Shown here piece by piece: positions 47,794 through 57,787 of a stretch of 64,000 bases of DNA. Each line of letters opens with the position of its first letter. The stretch's first letter is position 1. The stretch is taken from the sequence record LR588166.1, one strand, 5' to 3'. The position numbers and the translations under genes were made by a program. Below the pieces are notes generated by a model. The model saw only the letters and a program-made list of their open reading frames with translations, was not told the DNA's origin and ran no database searches.

Positions 47794-49245
47794 ATGGCAA
47801 AGGATTGCAAATTAGTAATAAAAGATGAAGTAAATATTGCATTTACTGGACTTGATGTAAACACTCGTAGAAAACTATCTGATTCGTTAAAATTCTTTTT
47901 ACCTCATGCAAGACACCAACCTGCATACAAGTTAGGTAGATGGGATGGATGTATTAGGTATTGTGATATAGCCGGACGTTCGTATCTTAATTTTTTAGAT
48001 ATACTTATTCCTATTGTAGAAAATAGTGGTTATTATATAACCATAGAAGATAATAGACAACCGTTTTCGTGTAATTTTGAACCAATAGATGCTAACTCAT
48101 ATTCTCATCTCACTTGGCCTGTAGGACATCAATATGAAGGGCAGAATATTGTTCTACGGGATTATCAAGTAGAGGCAGTGAATAATTACTTAGCTAATAC
48201 ACAGAGTATAGCAACATTGCCTACTGGTTTTGGAAAAACATTAGTTACTGCTGCATTAGCACATAAAGTAGAAAAGTATGGAAGAACAATAACAATTGTT
48301 CCATCTAAAGACTTAGTTACCCAAACAGAACGGGATTTTAAGAACTTCGGATTAGATACTGGCGTTTATTTCGGAGATAGAAAAGAATTAGGCAAAACTC
48401 ACACTATAGTTACCTGGCAAAGTATTGAAGCTATTTATAAACAAAGTAAAGCAGACGAAAATGCATTAACATTAGAAGAATTCATTGAAGGGGTAGTAGC
48501 AGTAGTAGTCGATGAAGCACATACTATTAAGGGTCAATCATTAAAAGAACATTTAACTTCTACATTTGCTAATGTTCCCATTCGATGGGCTATGACAGGA
48601 ACCATACCGGAAGAGGAACATGCCGCTGCTGCCCTTATTGCATGCATAGGTCCTGTTACAAAAACTGTGAAAGCAAAAGAATTGCAAGAAGCAGGAATAC
48701 TTAGTGAATTGCACATAGAAGTCCTACAATTAAACGATTATCATACTTCGCATCCGAACTATGCAGCCGAATTAAAATTTCTTACTACAGACCCTACTCG
48801 TTTAAAATGGCTAGCCGAACATATAAAATCTCAAGAAGGTAATACGTTAGTATTAGTTGATAGGCTGTCGAGCGGAGAAGAACTTCTTAAGCATATACCC
48901 AATGCTGCTTTTGTTAAAGGTGATTTAAAAAGTAAAGACAGAAGAACTGAATATAAATCAGTTACATCAGATACAGATAAAATTATTATAGCAACCTTTG
49001 GGGTTGCATCTACTGGTATTGATATACCATACATACATAATGTATATTTATTAGAACCAGGAAAGTCTTTTATTAGGGTAATTCAGTCTATCGGTCGCGG
49101 TCTACGTAAGGCACCCGGAAAAGACTATGTATCTGTATTTGATATTACTTCTGTTGCAAAATATTCTGCAAGGCATTTAACTAAAAGGAAAAAATTCTAT
49201 AAAGAAGCAGAATATCCATTTTCTGTGAAAAAAATAGATTATTAA
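47794..49245 (+). CDS. uvsW: UvsW-like SF2 DNA helicase
   Basis: LRDYQ; LPTGFGKT; VVVDEAH; MTGT; VASTGIDIP; QSIGRGLR. Confidence 0.92.
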   Translation: MAKDCKLVIKDEVNIAFTGLDVNTRRKLSDSLKFFLPHARHQPAYKLGRWDGCIRYCDIAGRSYLNFLDILIPIVENSGYYITIEDNRQPFSCNFEPIDANSYSHLTWPVGHQYEGQNIVLRDYQVEAVNNYLANTQSIATLPTGFGKTLVTAALAHKVEKYGRTITIVPSKDLVTQTERDFKNFGLDTGVYFGDRKELGKTHTIVTWQSIEAIYKQSKADENALTLEEFIEGVVAVVVDEAHTIKGQSLKEHLTSTFANVPIRWAMTGTIPEEEHAAAALIACIGPVTKTVKAKELQEAGILSELHIEVLQLNDYHTSHPNYAAELKFLTTDPTRLKWLAEHIKSQEGNTLVLVDRLSSGEELLKHIPNAAFVKGDLKSKDRRTEYKSVTSDTDKIIIATFGVASTGIDIPYIHNVYLLEPGKSFIRVIQSIGRGLRKAPGKDYVSVFDITSVAKYSARHLTKRKKFYKEAEYPFSVKKIDY

Positions 49246-49246
49246 T

Positions 49247-49498
49247 ATGAATTTTTATCAAGACGGAATTTATATAAAATTAGATGCAGATTTAAATGAA
49301 CAATCGAACTTATTTAAATTAAAATCAGAATTATATGTACATTCGTATCCTACCCCTGATTTTTATAGATATATCAAAAATGGTAAAACCATGTTAGGGG
49401 TAGTATATGTCGGTTCATTAGAAACTGTATTTCTTAATATTATTAGCGGAGACTTTGACAAAGAAAAATTTTGTGCTATAATAGAAAAATACAAATAA
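49247..49498 (+). CDS. Hypothetical protein
   Basis: Operon-coupled 83-aa ORF. Confidence 0.5.
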   Translation: MNFYQDGIYIKLDADLNEQSNLFKLKSELYVHSYPTPDFYRYIKNGKTMLGVVYVGSLETVFLNIISGDFDKEKFCAIIEKYK

Positions 49499-49508
49499 AG
49501 GTGTAATT

Positions 49509-50012
49509 TTGAAAATTTTATTAACCGAAAATGAATCATACGAATTAGATAGAGTCCCAGACGACATAGAGGATATACGGTATTGTATATTAGATTGTAA
49601 TGATAAATCTAATGTAGATTTTTACTTTTTGCCTCTTATATTTTTAGAAAGTTTTTATTCTCCCGCAGTTGTCCTTAAGATAGGAAAGTACAGTATACAA
49701 ATGCCGTTAGATTGGTCTATACTAGTATGCGACGAAGAATATTCTGATCTAGAAGTAGTACCACTTACTAGTCTAAATGACAGGGGGTTTCATACAATAG
49801 TATTTAATCCACTAAAACACATGGTGCCTGTTCCTTCTGAAATAACAATAACTAGTGTATTTACTGAAGTAAAGTGGTATTTCCCTAAATTAAAAAGTGG
49901 TGCTGTCCTAGTTATTCCTTTAGAAGACGGACCTAATCCGAATTGTGCATTGTTTGTAAAAGAAGGGAATAAAATTCCCGATCCTATAGATATAGCAGAG
50001 TTATTTAAATAA
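49509..50012 (+). CDS. Conserved hypothetical protein
   Basis: AAGGTG RBS; beta-rich 167-aa ORF. Confidence 0.6.
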   Translation: MKILLTENESYELDRVPDDIEDIRYCILDCNDKSNVDFYFLPLIFLESFYSPAVVLKIGKYSIQMPLDWSILVCDEEYSDLEVVPLTSLNDRGFHTIVFNPLKHMVPVPSEITITSVFTEVKWYFPKLKSGAVLVIPLEDGPNPNCALFVKEGNKIPDPIDIAELFK

Positions 50013-50479
50013 TGGCAGAAGAAAGCATTTTACCGCTTTGGATGGAATTACAAGCATTAGATTATAATGATAGAGATTTTTATGACAAGTTAACTGATGA
50101 ACAGAAGAAAGTATTTTCATCGTGGATTATAATGAGATATTCTAGTAATATAATCGGTGATAATGCAGATTGGGGTCTTATAATGACCAATGATATTGTA
50201 AATGTGGATTTTTCATTAATGTATAAGCATCCTAAACTGCAATGGATGCTATTGTCGTTGTGTGGAACTGGAAGAAAAGAACAACGTAAATGGATTGCCC
50301 CAAATAAAAAGAAAAAAAAGAATCCGAGGAAAGAATTTATTTTTAAAATTCATCCAAACGCAAAAGATGATGAAATTGATATGCTTGCAGATTTGTACAC
50401 TGATGCAGAATTAAAGGATATTATGTTATCCTACGGATATGAAGATAAAGAAATAAAAGATATTTTAAAGAAGAAATAA
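50012..50479 (+). CDS. Clamp-loader small subunit-like protein (T4 gp62-like)
   Basis: ALD..DRDFYD.L.DE..K.FS.WIIMRY.S; HPKLQW.LL; ..KWI. Confidence 0.55.
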   Translation: MAEESILPLWMELQALDYNDRDFYDKLTDEQKKVFSSWIIMRYSSNIIGDNADWGLIMTNDIVNVDFSLMYKHPKLQWMLLSLCGTGRKEQRKWIAPNKKKKKNPRKEFIFKIHPNAKDDEIDMLADLYTDAELKDIMLSYGYEDKEIKDILKKK

Positions 50480-50492
50480 TTCTAGTAAGTAT

Positions 50493-51200
50493 ATGCAAGC
50501 ATCTAAGAAAAATAAAAAGGCAACATCGATGGCAAAGTGCGAGTTTTGTAGTAAAGAATTTAAGTCAGAACGAACAATAGCTGCTCATTTGTGTGTTAAA
50601 AAGAAGAGGTTTGCAGAAAAAGACACAGTTGGGTCTAGACTGGGATTTAGGGTATTTCAGCGATTCTACGAACTAACTACTTCTTCTAAAACGCCTAAAT
50701 CTTTTAGAGAATTTATTGATAGTAAATTTTATATAGATTTTGTTAAATTTGGAAGACACCTAATAGATATTAATCCTATTAACACAGATGAATACATAGA
50801 TTTCATAATAAAGAACGCTATACCGCTGTCTGATTGGAAAAAAGACTATGTATATGTGAGATATCTTAAAGAATATACTCAGAAAGAACCTGCACAAAAA
50901 GCACTAGAACGAACTATAATCGAGATGGGCACTTGGTGTACTGAAAATAATGTAGATATTGTAGATTTTTTTGAAAAAGTTAATACAGTAGAGGCAGTAT
51001 ATCTTATTAAATCAGGAAAGCTTAGTCCGTGGGTATTATATCTGGCATCTTCTTCTGATAAATTGTGGGTTAGAATAAATGAAGAACAAGAAAAATTTAT
51101 TCAAACTGCTGTAGATTTTGATTGGTGGCAAAAGAAATTTATTGCAAATAAGGATGATGTTGACTTTATAGTGTCTGTATTGACAGAGGCTAAGTTGTAA
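50493..51200 (+). CDS. Zinc-finger-containing hypothetical protein
   Basis: CEFCSKEF.SERT..AHLC. Confidence 0.6.
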   Translation: MQASKKNKKATSMAKCEFCSKEFKSERTIAAHLCVKKKRFAEKDTVGSRLGFRVFQRFYELTTSSKTPKSFREFIDSKFYIDFVKFGRHLIDINPINTDEYIDFIIKNAIPLSDWKKDYVYVRYLKEYTQKEPAQKALERTIIEMGTWCTENNVDIVDFFEKVNTVEAVYLIKSGKLSPWVLYLASSSDKLWVRINEEQEKFIQTAVDFDWWQKKFIANKDDVDFIVSVLTEAKL

Positions 51201-51201
51201 T

Positions 51202-51804
51202 ATGGCAAAAGTGGTTACTGATGTTGATATTGACGTAGCAGATAGGTTAACAGTTTTGTCTGGACTACAACACATATCTGCTAAATTAGACGGAGTGGGA
51301 AAGAAACATTTATCTGGTGTATATTTTCAACCTATTCCGTTTGATCCGGAACAAAATATGAGCAACATAGATTATAAAGTTGCAGAAGAATTAGGCTACA
51401 TGAAGATTGATCTTCTTAACGTAAGTATATACGAACAAGTTAGATCAGAGGAACATCTAAAGAAATTAATAGATAAAGAACCTAACTGGTCTTATTTTGA
51501 ACATAAACAGATAGTTCAAAATTTATTTCATTTAGGAAATTATGCTGATCTAGCAGTAGGAATGAAACCGAAAAGTGTAGAACAGTTAGCAATGTTGCTG
51601 GCTGTTATACGTCCGAGTAAGTATCATTTACAATATAAACCTTGGGATATTATTGCCAAAACTGTGTGGGATAAGCCCAGCGACGGATCATATCATTTTA
51701 AAAAAGCACATGCCATTAGTTATGCACTTGCAATTGTTGTTCAGTTGAATTTATTAGAAGAAGAAGCAGAACAAGAACCCGATCCATTTAAGTTATTTTC
51801 CTGA
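51202..51804 (+). CDS. Miniature DNA polymerase III alpha (DnaE)-like protein
   Basis: TDVDID (PDIDxD-like), KH.SGV, KIDLLNV, FKKAHAISYA (FNKSH..Y-like); only 200 aa. Confidence 0.7.
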   Translation: MAKVVTDVDIDVADRLTVLSGLQHISAKLDGVGKKHLSGVYFQPIPFDPEQNMSNIDYKVAEELGYMKIDLLNVSIYEQVRSEEHLKKLIDKEPNWSYFEHKQIVQNLFHLGNYADLAVGMKPKSVEQLAMLLAVIRPSKYHLQYKPWDIIAKTVWDKPSDGSYHFKKAHAISYALAIVVQLNLLEEEAEQEPDPFKLFS

Positions 51805-52186
51805 TTAAAGATACTTGTCGTCTTTTTATTCTCTTTTTGAGCATATTGTTAAGAGAAGTACATGGTCCGAAAACTATTTTTATATCTTTGTTTACTAGGG
51901 TTTTTAGGCAATATCTAAATTCTGCCATTTCATTTGGCATGAATATATTTATTGGTAATATCCTAGAAGATTCCCACCACCAACAGTCACCGCATTGAAG
52001 AAATATATCTTTGTGTTGACTGTTTTTTAATGATTTAAAATCATAAAAACTTATATATTTGTCATCCGAATTTTGAATAATTCCTATATAGAAATTTTCT
52101 AAGTGTTGTATGCCACTCAAGAATGGAAATTTTTCAGATAATTCTGCTAACTCTTGATCTATTGTATTATTATTTGTGTTGTCCAT
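51788..52186 (-). CDS. Conserved hypothetical protein
   Basis: FPFLS...YIGIIQN; WWWESSRILPINIF; lone minus-strand gene with GAGA/GAAG upstream. Confidence 0.65.
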   Translation of the reverse strand: MDNTNNNTIDQELAELSEKFPFLSGIQHLENFYIGIIQNSDDKYISFYDFKSLKNSQHKDIFLQCGDCWWWESSRILPINIFMPNEMAEFRYCLKTLVNKDIKIVFGPCTSLNNMLKKRIKRRQVSLIRKIT

Positions 52187-52248
52187 GATTTTCTTCTCTC
52201 TTTATTATTTATTCCTTTAACACTAACCGTTTTAATATAAATACGTGT

Positions 52249-53118
52249 ATGACATTCCATACATTATATAAATATGATAATTTTGTAGAACTGTTATATG
52301 ATAACGGTATACTTTCTTGCAATTGTAAATTATTGGATAATAGACCTATGCATTCACAAACAATAAAACTATACAAAGGTGTAGATAATCAAGTAAAATT
52401 TAGGGTTTATAATCCTGATAGACGATTAGTAAATATTCATGGACTTTCTGTGTTTGCTAGTTTAATTAATACAGAAAATAAAGAACGAGTGCTAGTAAAA
52501 CAGTGTGATATATATGAGCAGTCTCCTGGCATTTTTGTATTGTCTATATTAGAAGGAGATCTAATAAATGTGCCTAATGGATATTACACTTTAAGTATAA
52601 TAGGACAAGAAGAATTTATTCCCGGCATATCTAATATAGACGGACTCCCTGTAATTAGTACGCCGTTTTATACAAATACATCATCTGATATACAACTGTA
52701 TGCAGAAGTTAGAGATAGCTTAGAAAAGGCGCCCATAGACACTATAGTTGCTACTGAATGGCGAAAAGTAATAAACACTGATTATACTTTTAATTATTAC
52801 AATGCAGGTCCATTTCCATCTAATAGAGTAAAAAATTATAGATCGGGCGTGCATACTATTGCAATATATGCAGAAAATTTCACAGGTAAATTTGAAGTAT
52901 ATGGTACATTAGACCAAATTCCTTCGCTAGAAGATGAATTTAGTTCTTGGTTTCCGATTAATTTAAGATCTATGTTTGATTATATTCAGTTTAATAATTT
53001 CACTGGAATAATGCCATACACTTTTCAAGCAAATGTTCTTTGGTTAAAATTCCGTTGGTATCCGGATTCGACAATCCCAAACAATGGAGAAATTTCTAAA
53101 GTAATGTTAAGAAGTTAA
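52249..53118 (+). CDS. Putative structural/baseplate-associated beta-rich protein
   Basis: TATAAATA at 52236-43; IKLYKGVDNQVKFRVYNPDR. Confidence 0.5.
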   Translation: MTFHTLYKYDNFVELLYDNGILSCNCKLLDNRPMHSQTIKLYKGVDNQVKFRVYNPDRRLVNIHGLSVFASLINTENKERVLVKQCDIYEQSPGIFVLSILEGDLINVPNGYYTLSIIGQEEFIPGISNIDGLPVISTPFYTNTSSDIQLYAEVRDSLEKAPIDTIVATEWRKVINTDYTFNYYNAGPFPSNRVKNYRSGVHTIAIYAENFTGKFEVYGTLDQIPSLEDEFSSWFPINLRSMFDYIQFNNFTGIMPYTFQANVLWLKFRWYPDSTIPNNGEISKVMLRS

Positions 53119-53147
53119 TTGACAACGAAAAACGTGCATGCTATAAT
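53119..53147 (+). promoter_or_regulatory. Consensus sigma70 promoter for the primase gene
   Basis: TTGACA-17 bp-TATAAT. Confidence 0.85.
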
Positions 53148-53153
53148 GTGCGC

Positions 53154-54176
53154 GTGATTAGCGAACTTTTAAAACAAGAAATAACTTCTAGACTTCCGTA
53201 TTTAAAGCCAGGAAACAAAGGATGGTTAGTTTGTAATTGTCCTTTGTGTGTCGCTATGGGTACAACTGCCGATAAGCGAAAACGGTTCGGTGTTATGTTT
53301 GAATCGGATGGAACAATAGGGGTCCATTGCTTTAACTGTACATTTGTAACAAAATGGACTCCGGGGGCTCTGATAGGAGAGAAAATAGAGTTCCTTCTAC
53401 GACATATAGGTACATCCGATGATGATATTCGTAAACTCAAATTCCAGGCATTTAGAGAGAAAGAAGCAGGAGACATATTTAAAACTCCCGAACTAGAATT
53501 AAGTATTAAAACTAATTGGACTACTACTAGTCTTCCTAAAAATTCTAAACCTATATTAGAATGGTTAGAAATATCTCCTAATGATCCCAATCTTCTTAAA
53601 TGTGCAATGTATGCCTTATCTAGAGGATTTCCGGATATGTCTAATATATATTGGTCACCCTCTCAGAAATTTTTATGGAATAAACGAATAATACTTCCGT
53701 TCACATATAATGGAAAGGTTGTAGGATATTGCGGAAGATATTTTGAAGAACAACCAAATGAATTAGAAATAAGAAGATATGAAAATAGATTCCCTGAGCA
53801 TTTTGTCTATGGGTTAGATTCCCAAAGATCCTACAATAGAAAATATGTTATACTAACGGAAGGAGTAATAGATGCTATAATGGTAGATGGAGTATCTACC
53901 ATGGGTTCTGTAAGTAAACATCAAGCAAATATAATAAACTCGCTAGGCAAAGAAATAATAGTATTGCCTGATTTTGATAGTAACGGCAGTCATTTAGTAG
54001 ATTCTGCTTTAGAATATAACTGGTATGTATCATTTCCTAATTGGGATAATAATATAAAAGATGCTAGTGAAGCATCCCAAAAATATGGAAGATTACTTAC
54101 AGTTCAGAGTATTATATACGGTATCGAACGGAATTCTACTGCCATACGAATTAAAAGAAAAATAAAAGGAATATAG
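53154..54176 (+). CDS. dnaG: DNA primase (zinc-binding domain plus TOPRIM)
   Basis: CNCPLC...HCFNC; RIILPF...G.VVGY.GR; TEGVIDA; VLPDFD.NG. Confidence 0.9.
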   Translation: MISELLKQEITSRLPYLKPGNKGWLVCNCPLCVAMGTTADKRKRFGVMFESDGTIGVHCFNCTFVTKWTPGALIGEKIEFLLRHIGTSDDDIRKLKFQAFREKEAGDIFKTPELELSIKTNWTTTSLPKNSKPILEWLEISPNDPNLLKCAMYALSRGFPDMSNIYWSPSQKFLWNKRIILPFTYNGKVVGYCGRYFEEQPNELEIRRYENRFPEHFVYGLDSQRSYNRKYVILTEGVIDAIMVDGVSTMGSVSKHQANIINSLGKEIIVLPDFDSNGSHLVDSALEYNWYVSFPNWDNNIKDASEASQKYGRLLTVQSIIYGIERNSTAIRIKRKIKGI

Positions 54177-54177
54177 T

Positions 54178-55617
54178 GTGAAACAAAACAAAGACGTAGT
54201 AAAGGATTATAATACTGGCGTAGAAGATTTGTTTATAAAATTTTTCTTAACTGACCCAGAATTGTTTATTAGATGCCGATCTATAATACAACGAGACCAC
54301 TATTCGGATAAGATTAACCAAAAAGTTATAGATTTTCTAAATGAACATGCAGATAAACATAGTACTCTTCCTACTGTAGAACAAGTATCTGCCATAATAG
54401 GAAAATCATTTGAGTTATTAGATAACATACATGATAGCCACAAAAATTGGTTTTTAGAAGAATACGAAACATTTGCTAGGCATAAACAACTAGAGAATGT
54501 GATATTAGAGTCTCCTGATTTATTAGTTACCGGTCGGTACGGAGAAGTTGAACAAAAAGTTAAGAATGCAGTTTCTATTGCATTAGTTAAAGATTTAGGT
54601 ACTGATTATTTTGGAGATCCACTGTCTAGACTTAATGCCATTAAAGACAGAAAATCGTTAGTGTCAACTGGCATGAAAGATTTAGATGCAAAACTGTACG
54701 GTGGTTTTGAGCGCGGCGCTCTAAATATTTTTGCAGGACAATCGGGCGCTGGCAAATCTATATTCCTACAAAATATAGGGTTAAATTGGGCTATAGCAGG
54801 ACTTAACGTAGTTTACCTTAGTTTAGAATTAAGCGAAAACTTATGTTCTATGCGCATAGATTCTATGAACACAGGTATTGATACAAAAGAAGTTTTACGC
54901 AGGGTAGATGACGTAGCTATAAAAGTTATTGAATCTAAAAAGAAAACTAAAGGCTCCCTTCGAATTAAGCAATTACCTAACGGTTGTACAGCCAACGATA
55001 TACGTTCTTATATAAAAGAATACGAAATTCAAACAGGACTAAAAGTAGATGCAATAATGTTAGACTATTTGGATTTGTGTATGCCTATAAGTAAAAAGGT
55101 AAGTCCATCGGATCTGTTTGTTAAAGACAAATACGTTTCTGAAGAATTAAGGAACTTAGCAGTCGAGCTTCAAATTCTATTAGTCACTGCATCGCAGTTA
55201 AACAGAAATTCACACGAATCTGTAGATTTTGGACATGAACACATTTCTGGGGGTATTTCTAAGATTAATACTGCCGATAATGTAATAGCTATTTTTACAA
55301 CGCAAGCTATGAGAGAAAATGGAAGATATCAAATTCAATTTCTTAAAACACGTTCGTCGTCGGGCGTCGGGCAGAAAGTAGATCTTGCGTTTGATCAAAG
55401 AACACTAAGATTATCTGATTTAGATCCAGAACAAGCTAGCGCATTATCCGAGAATACAAGGAGTGTTATTGATAAACTCCGCGCAGATAGGTCATTAGAC
55501 ACACCTAATAATAAAGATACTCATGTACAAAAGACACCTGTTATTGAACAAAAACCGGCAGAATCTATGGTAGAAAAAAGTGCCCGGCTTCGTAATCTAC
55601 TTAGCGGCAACAGATAA
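54178..55617 (+). CDS. dnaB: Replicative DnaB-like helicase (T4 gp41-like)
   Basis: AGQSGAGKS; YLSLEL; IMLDYLDL; TASQLNR; KINTADNV; LKTRSSSG. Confidence 0.93.
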   Translation: MKQNKDVVKDYNTGVEDLFIKFFLTDPELFIRCRSIIQRDHYSDKINQKVIDFLNEHADKHSTLPTVEQVSAIIGKSFELLDNIHDSHKNWFLEEYETFARHKQLENVILESPDLLVTGRYGEVEQKVKNAVSIALVKDLGTDYFGDPLSRLNAIKDRKSLVSTGMKDLDAKLYGGFERGALNIFAGQSGAGKSIFLQNIGLNWAIAGLNVVYLSLELSENLCSMRIDSMNTGIDTKEVLRRVDDVAIKVIESKKKTKGSLRIKQLPNGCTANDIRSYIKEYEIQTGLKVDAIMLDYLDLCMPISKKVSPSDLFVKDKYVSEELRNLAVELQILLVTASQLNRNSHESVDFGHEHISGGISKINTADNVIAIFTTQAMRENGRYQIQFLKTRSSSGVGQKVDLAFDQRTLRLSDLDPEQASALSENTRSVIDKLRADRSLDTPNNKDTHVQKTPVIEQKPAESMVEKSARLRNLLSGNR

Positions 55618-55657
55618 TAGTAATAGTAGATAAATATAACGAATAGGGGATACTGAT

Positions 55658-55897
55658 GTGAGTACTAGACGTAGTATTTTAGAAGAACTTAATAATTATG
55701 TTCCTTCTAAGAGCAAAGAAGAATTGATAGAATATAGAGCAGAACATATAATACAATCTGCAATTCATCTAATTGAGTATATCGAATCTAATTACTCTGA
55801 TGCAGACGCAGAGCAATTAGAAAAAAAATTACTTAGTAGTATCAAATACAAGGATGCTAAACGATTTAGTAAGTCAGTGAGAAAACTTAAGGAATAA
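55658..55897 (+). CDS. Small conserved hypothetical protein
   Basis: ATAAATA and GGGGA upstream; TRRSILEEL. Confidence 0.6.
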   Translation: MSTRRSILEELNNYVPSKSKEELIEYRAEHIIQSAIHLIEYIESNYSDADAEQLEKKLLSSIKYKDAKRFSKSVRKLKE

Positions 55898-55899
55898 TA

Positions 55900-56511
55900 A
55901 TGAAAAAAGTATTCGAAGCTAGTACATTTGACGATTTCATTGGGTTAAACAGTCCGGTAGCACAGCAGAGCAGCTATATGCATGAAGCACCGGATGTATC
56001 TGATGCAGAATCTTCTTCTAAAAAGAAGATAGCTTCTAAACAACCTAATAAAAAAGCGCCTACTAAACGTACTACTAAAGAAGTTGTTAAACAATTTGTT
56101 AAAAAAGCAAGTGAAGATAATGCAAAAGTGGGTCCAGAAAAAAAAGAAACTGATCCAGAATATGTAAAGCAGTTTCTTATAGGTTTAGGATATCCGGAAC
56201 AGCAGGTGCAAGATATAATTCAAGGTAAATTAAAAGTCCAAACAAAAATACCTGAAATTATTCCAGATACACAAAAACTAGAAACAAAACCTGAACAACC
56301 TAAACAAACACAACGACCTGCGCCCGCTCGCGCTCCCGAGCCAAGACCTGACATAGCAGGCGAACTTAACTCCTACACTAAAGCCAACACATTTGAATTG
56401 ACTCCAGAACAACAGGAAGACATGGAGCGTATTCAAAGATTTGTAACATCAGGTGTGTTAAATAAAAGACAACTTCTTACGCTAATACGAGAATTAGAAA
56501 ACGATGACTAA
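55900..56511 (+). CDS. Hypothetical protein (K/E/P-rich, probably virion-internal)
   Basis: AAGGA RBS; low-complexity sequence. Confidence 0.55.
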   Translation: MKKVFEASTFDDFIGLNSPVAQQSSYMHEAPDVSDAESSSKKKIASKQPNKKAPTKRTTKEVVKQFVKKASEDNAKVGPEKKETDPEYVKQFLIGLGYPEQQVQDIIQGKLKVQTKIPEIIPDTQKLETKPEQPKQTQRPAPARAPEPRPDIAGELNSYTKANTFELTPEQQEDMERIQRFVTSGVLNKRQLLTLIRELENDD

Positions 56512-57703
56512 TAAAACTTTTAAAAGATTTTTATCTACAGAAAAATCTAAACAGGAATTAAAAGATCTAAACCGTCTCTATGAATCTGTGCGTAACGATA
56601 TTTCGGAGTTTACTACAATCATAGAGGCATTTATTTCGCCGGGAGAAATAGTAAATATATTCAACATTGCTTCTAAGAAAAGAGGATCTGGTAAAGGATT
56701 TTTAGGATCCTTTACTTCTGATAACAGAAGTGCATCAAATGCTGCCAATCAAGTTAAACAGCGAATAGAGCCTGTAATAGACCAAATATATGATCAGGCA
56801 GAACAAACTGAAATATCACATGAAGTTCAGTCAGATGATAAAGAAACTGCCGAAGAAGCTCAACGTAAACTTAATAAACAGGCAATAAAAGATAAAGTAG
56901 ATATAAAGACTGCGTTATCTGGCCAAAGACGAGCAGCAGATGTTAATAAAATGGTAGATTATTTAATGAGGCAGCTATCTAATTCTGCCGCCGCTGCATT
57001 TATATCATCTACTTTATCTGCCGCCGCAGAATCTGCTAAAAAAGGAACAGTAGCAAACGAAATATTTGCTATGTTATCATTTGCACTAGATAAAGTCAAT
57101 AAAGAATTAGATGATACTTCCTCTACAAATGAATCTATTATAAACGAAGGACCATTGGATTTTTTATCGAGGGCTTGGTCTAGAGTCACAGACACTATCG
57201 GCAATTCAAATGTAGGACAAAATGCATCTAATAAGCTAGACGTATTAAAGGGACAATTAGGTCTAAATGGCGGTCGCGGCGAAGTTGATGCAGATATACT
57301 AAAACGAGTATGGAAGAATAAATATCACGGTTCTACTGATAGTGCAGATATAGAGCAAATTCTCAAAGATTTTAAATTTAGTGATAGAGAAATCAAAAAT
57401 ATATTCAAAGAAGCAGGAATTACAAAAGAAGAAGATTATAATGAAGAATTGGTTAGGGTAGCATCTCTTATTAAGAAAGCAGGGTTGCGAGCGCCCGTAC
57501 TATCGTGGCTAAAAAGAAACCAATCTAGATTGTATAAACTTCTTCCTGAAAGTATCGAATCTCCTATAATGGAAAAGTCTACTTTATCTGACAAAGATGT
57601 TTTAGATATTATTACTCAATTAACTTCTGAGACTGAACATCGAGATACCAATGAACTCGATCCAGATAATGAATCTAAACAGTTAAATAGAAAACATCGG
57701 TAA
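56504..57703 (+). CDS. Hypothetical protein (probably virion-internal)
   Basis: Overlapping start; helical. Confidence 0.55.
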   Translation: MTNKTFKRFLSTEKSKQELKDLNRLYESVRNDISEFTTIIEAFISPGEIVNIFNIASKKRGSGKGFLGSFTSDNRSASNAANQVKQRIEPVIDQIYDQAEQTEISHEVQSDDKETAEEAQRKLNKQAIKDKVDIKTALSGQRRAADVNKMVDYLMRQLSNSAAAAFISSTLSAAAESAKKGTVANEIFAMLSFALDKVNKELDDTSSTNESIINEGPLDFLSRAWSRVTDTIGNSNVGQNASNKLDVLKGQLGLNGGRGEVDADILKRVWKNKYHGSTDSADIEQILKDFKFSDREIKNIFKEAGITKEEDYNEELVRVASLIKKAGLRAPVLSWLKRNQSRLYKLLPESIESPIMEKSTLSDKDVLDIITQLTSETEHRDTNELDPDNESKQLNRKHR

Positions 57704-57716
57704 TATTATTTTCTAT

Positions 57717-57763
57717 AAAAATCCCGTTACTGCTTGACGCAATAACGGGATTTTTGCTATTAT
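57717..57763 (+). terminator. Long inverted repeat (terminator) with a -35 box in its loop
   Basis: AAAATCCCGTTA...TAACGGGATTTT; TTGACG at 57734-39 and TATTAT at 57758-63. Confidence 0.6.
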
Positions 57764-57787
57764 AACTTCGAATAATAAGGTAATAGT

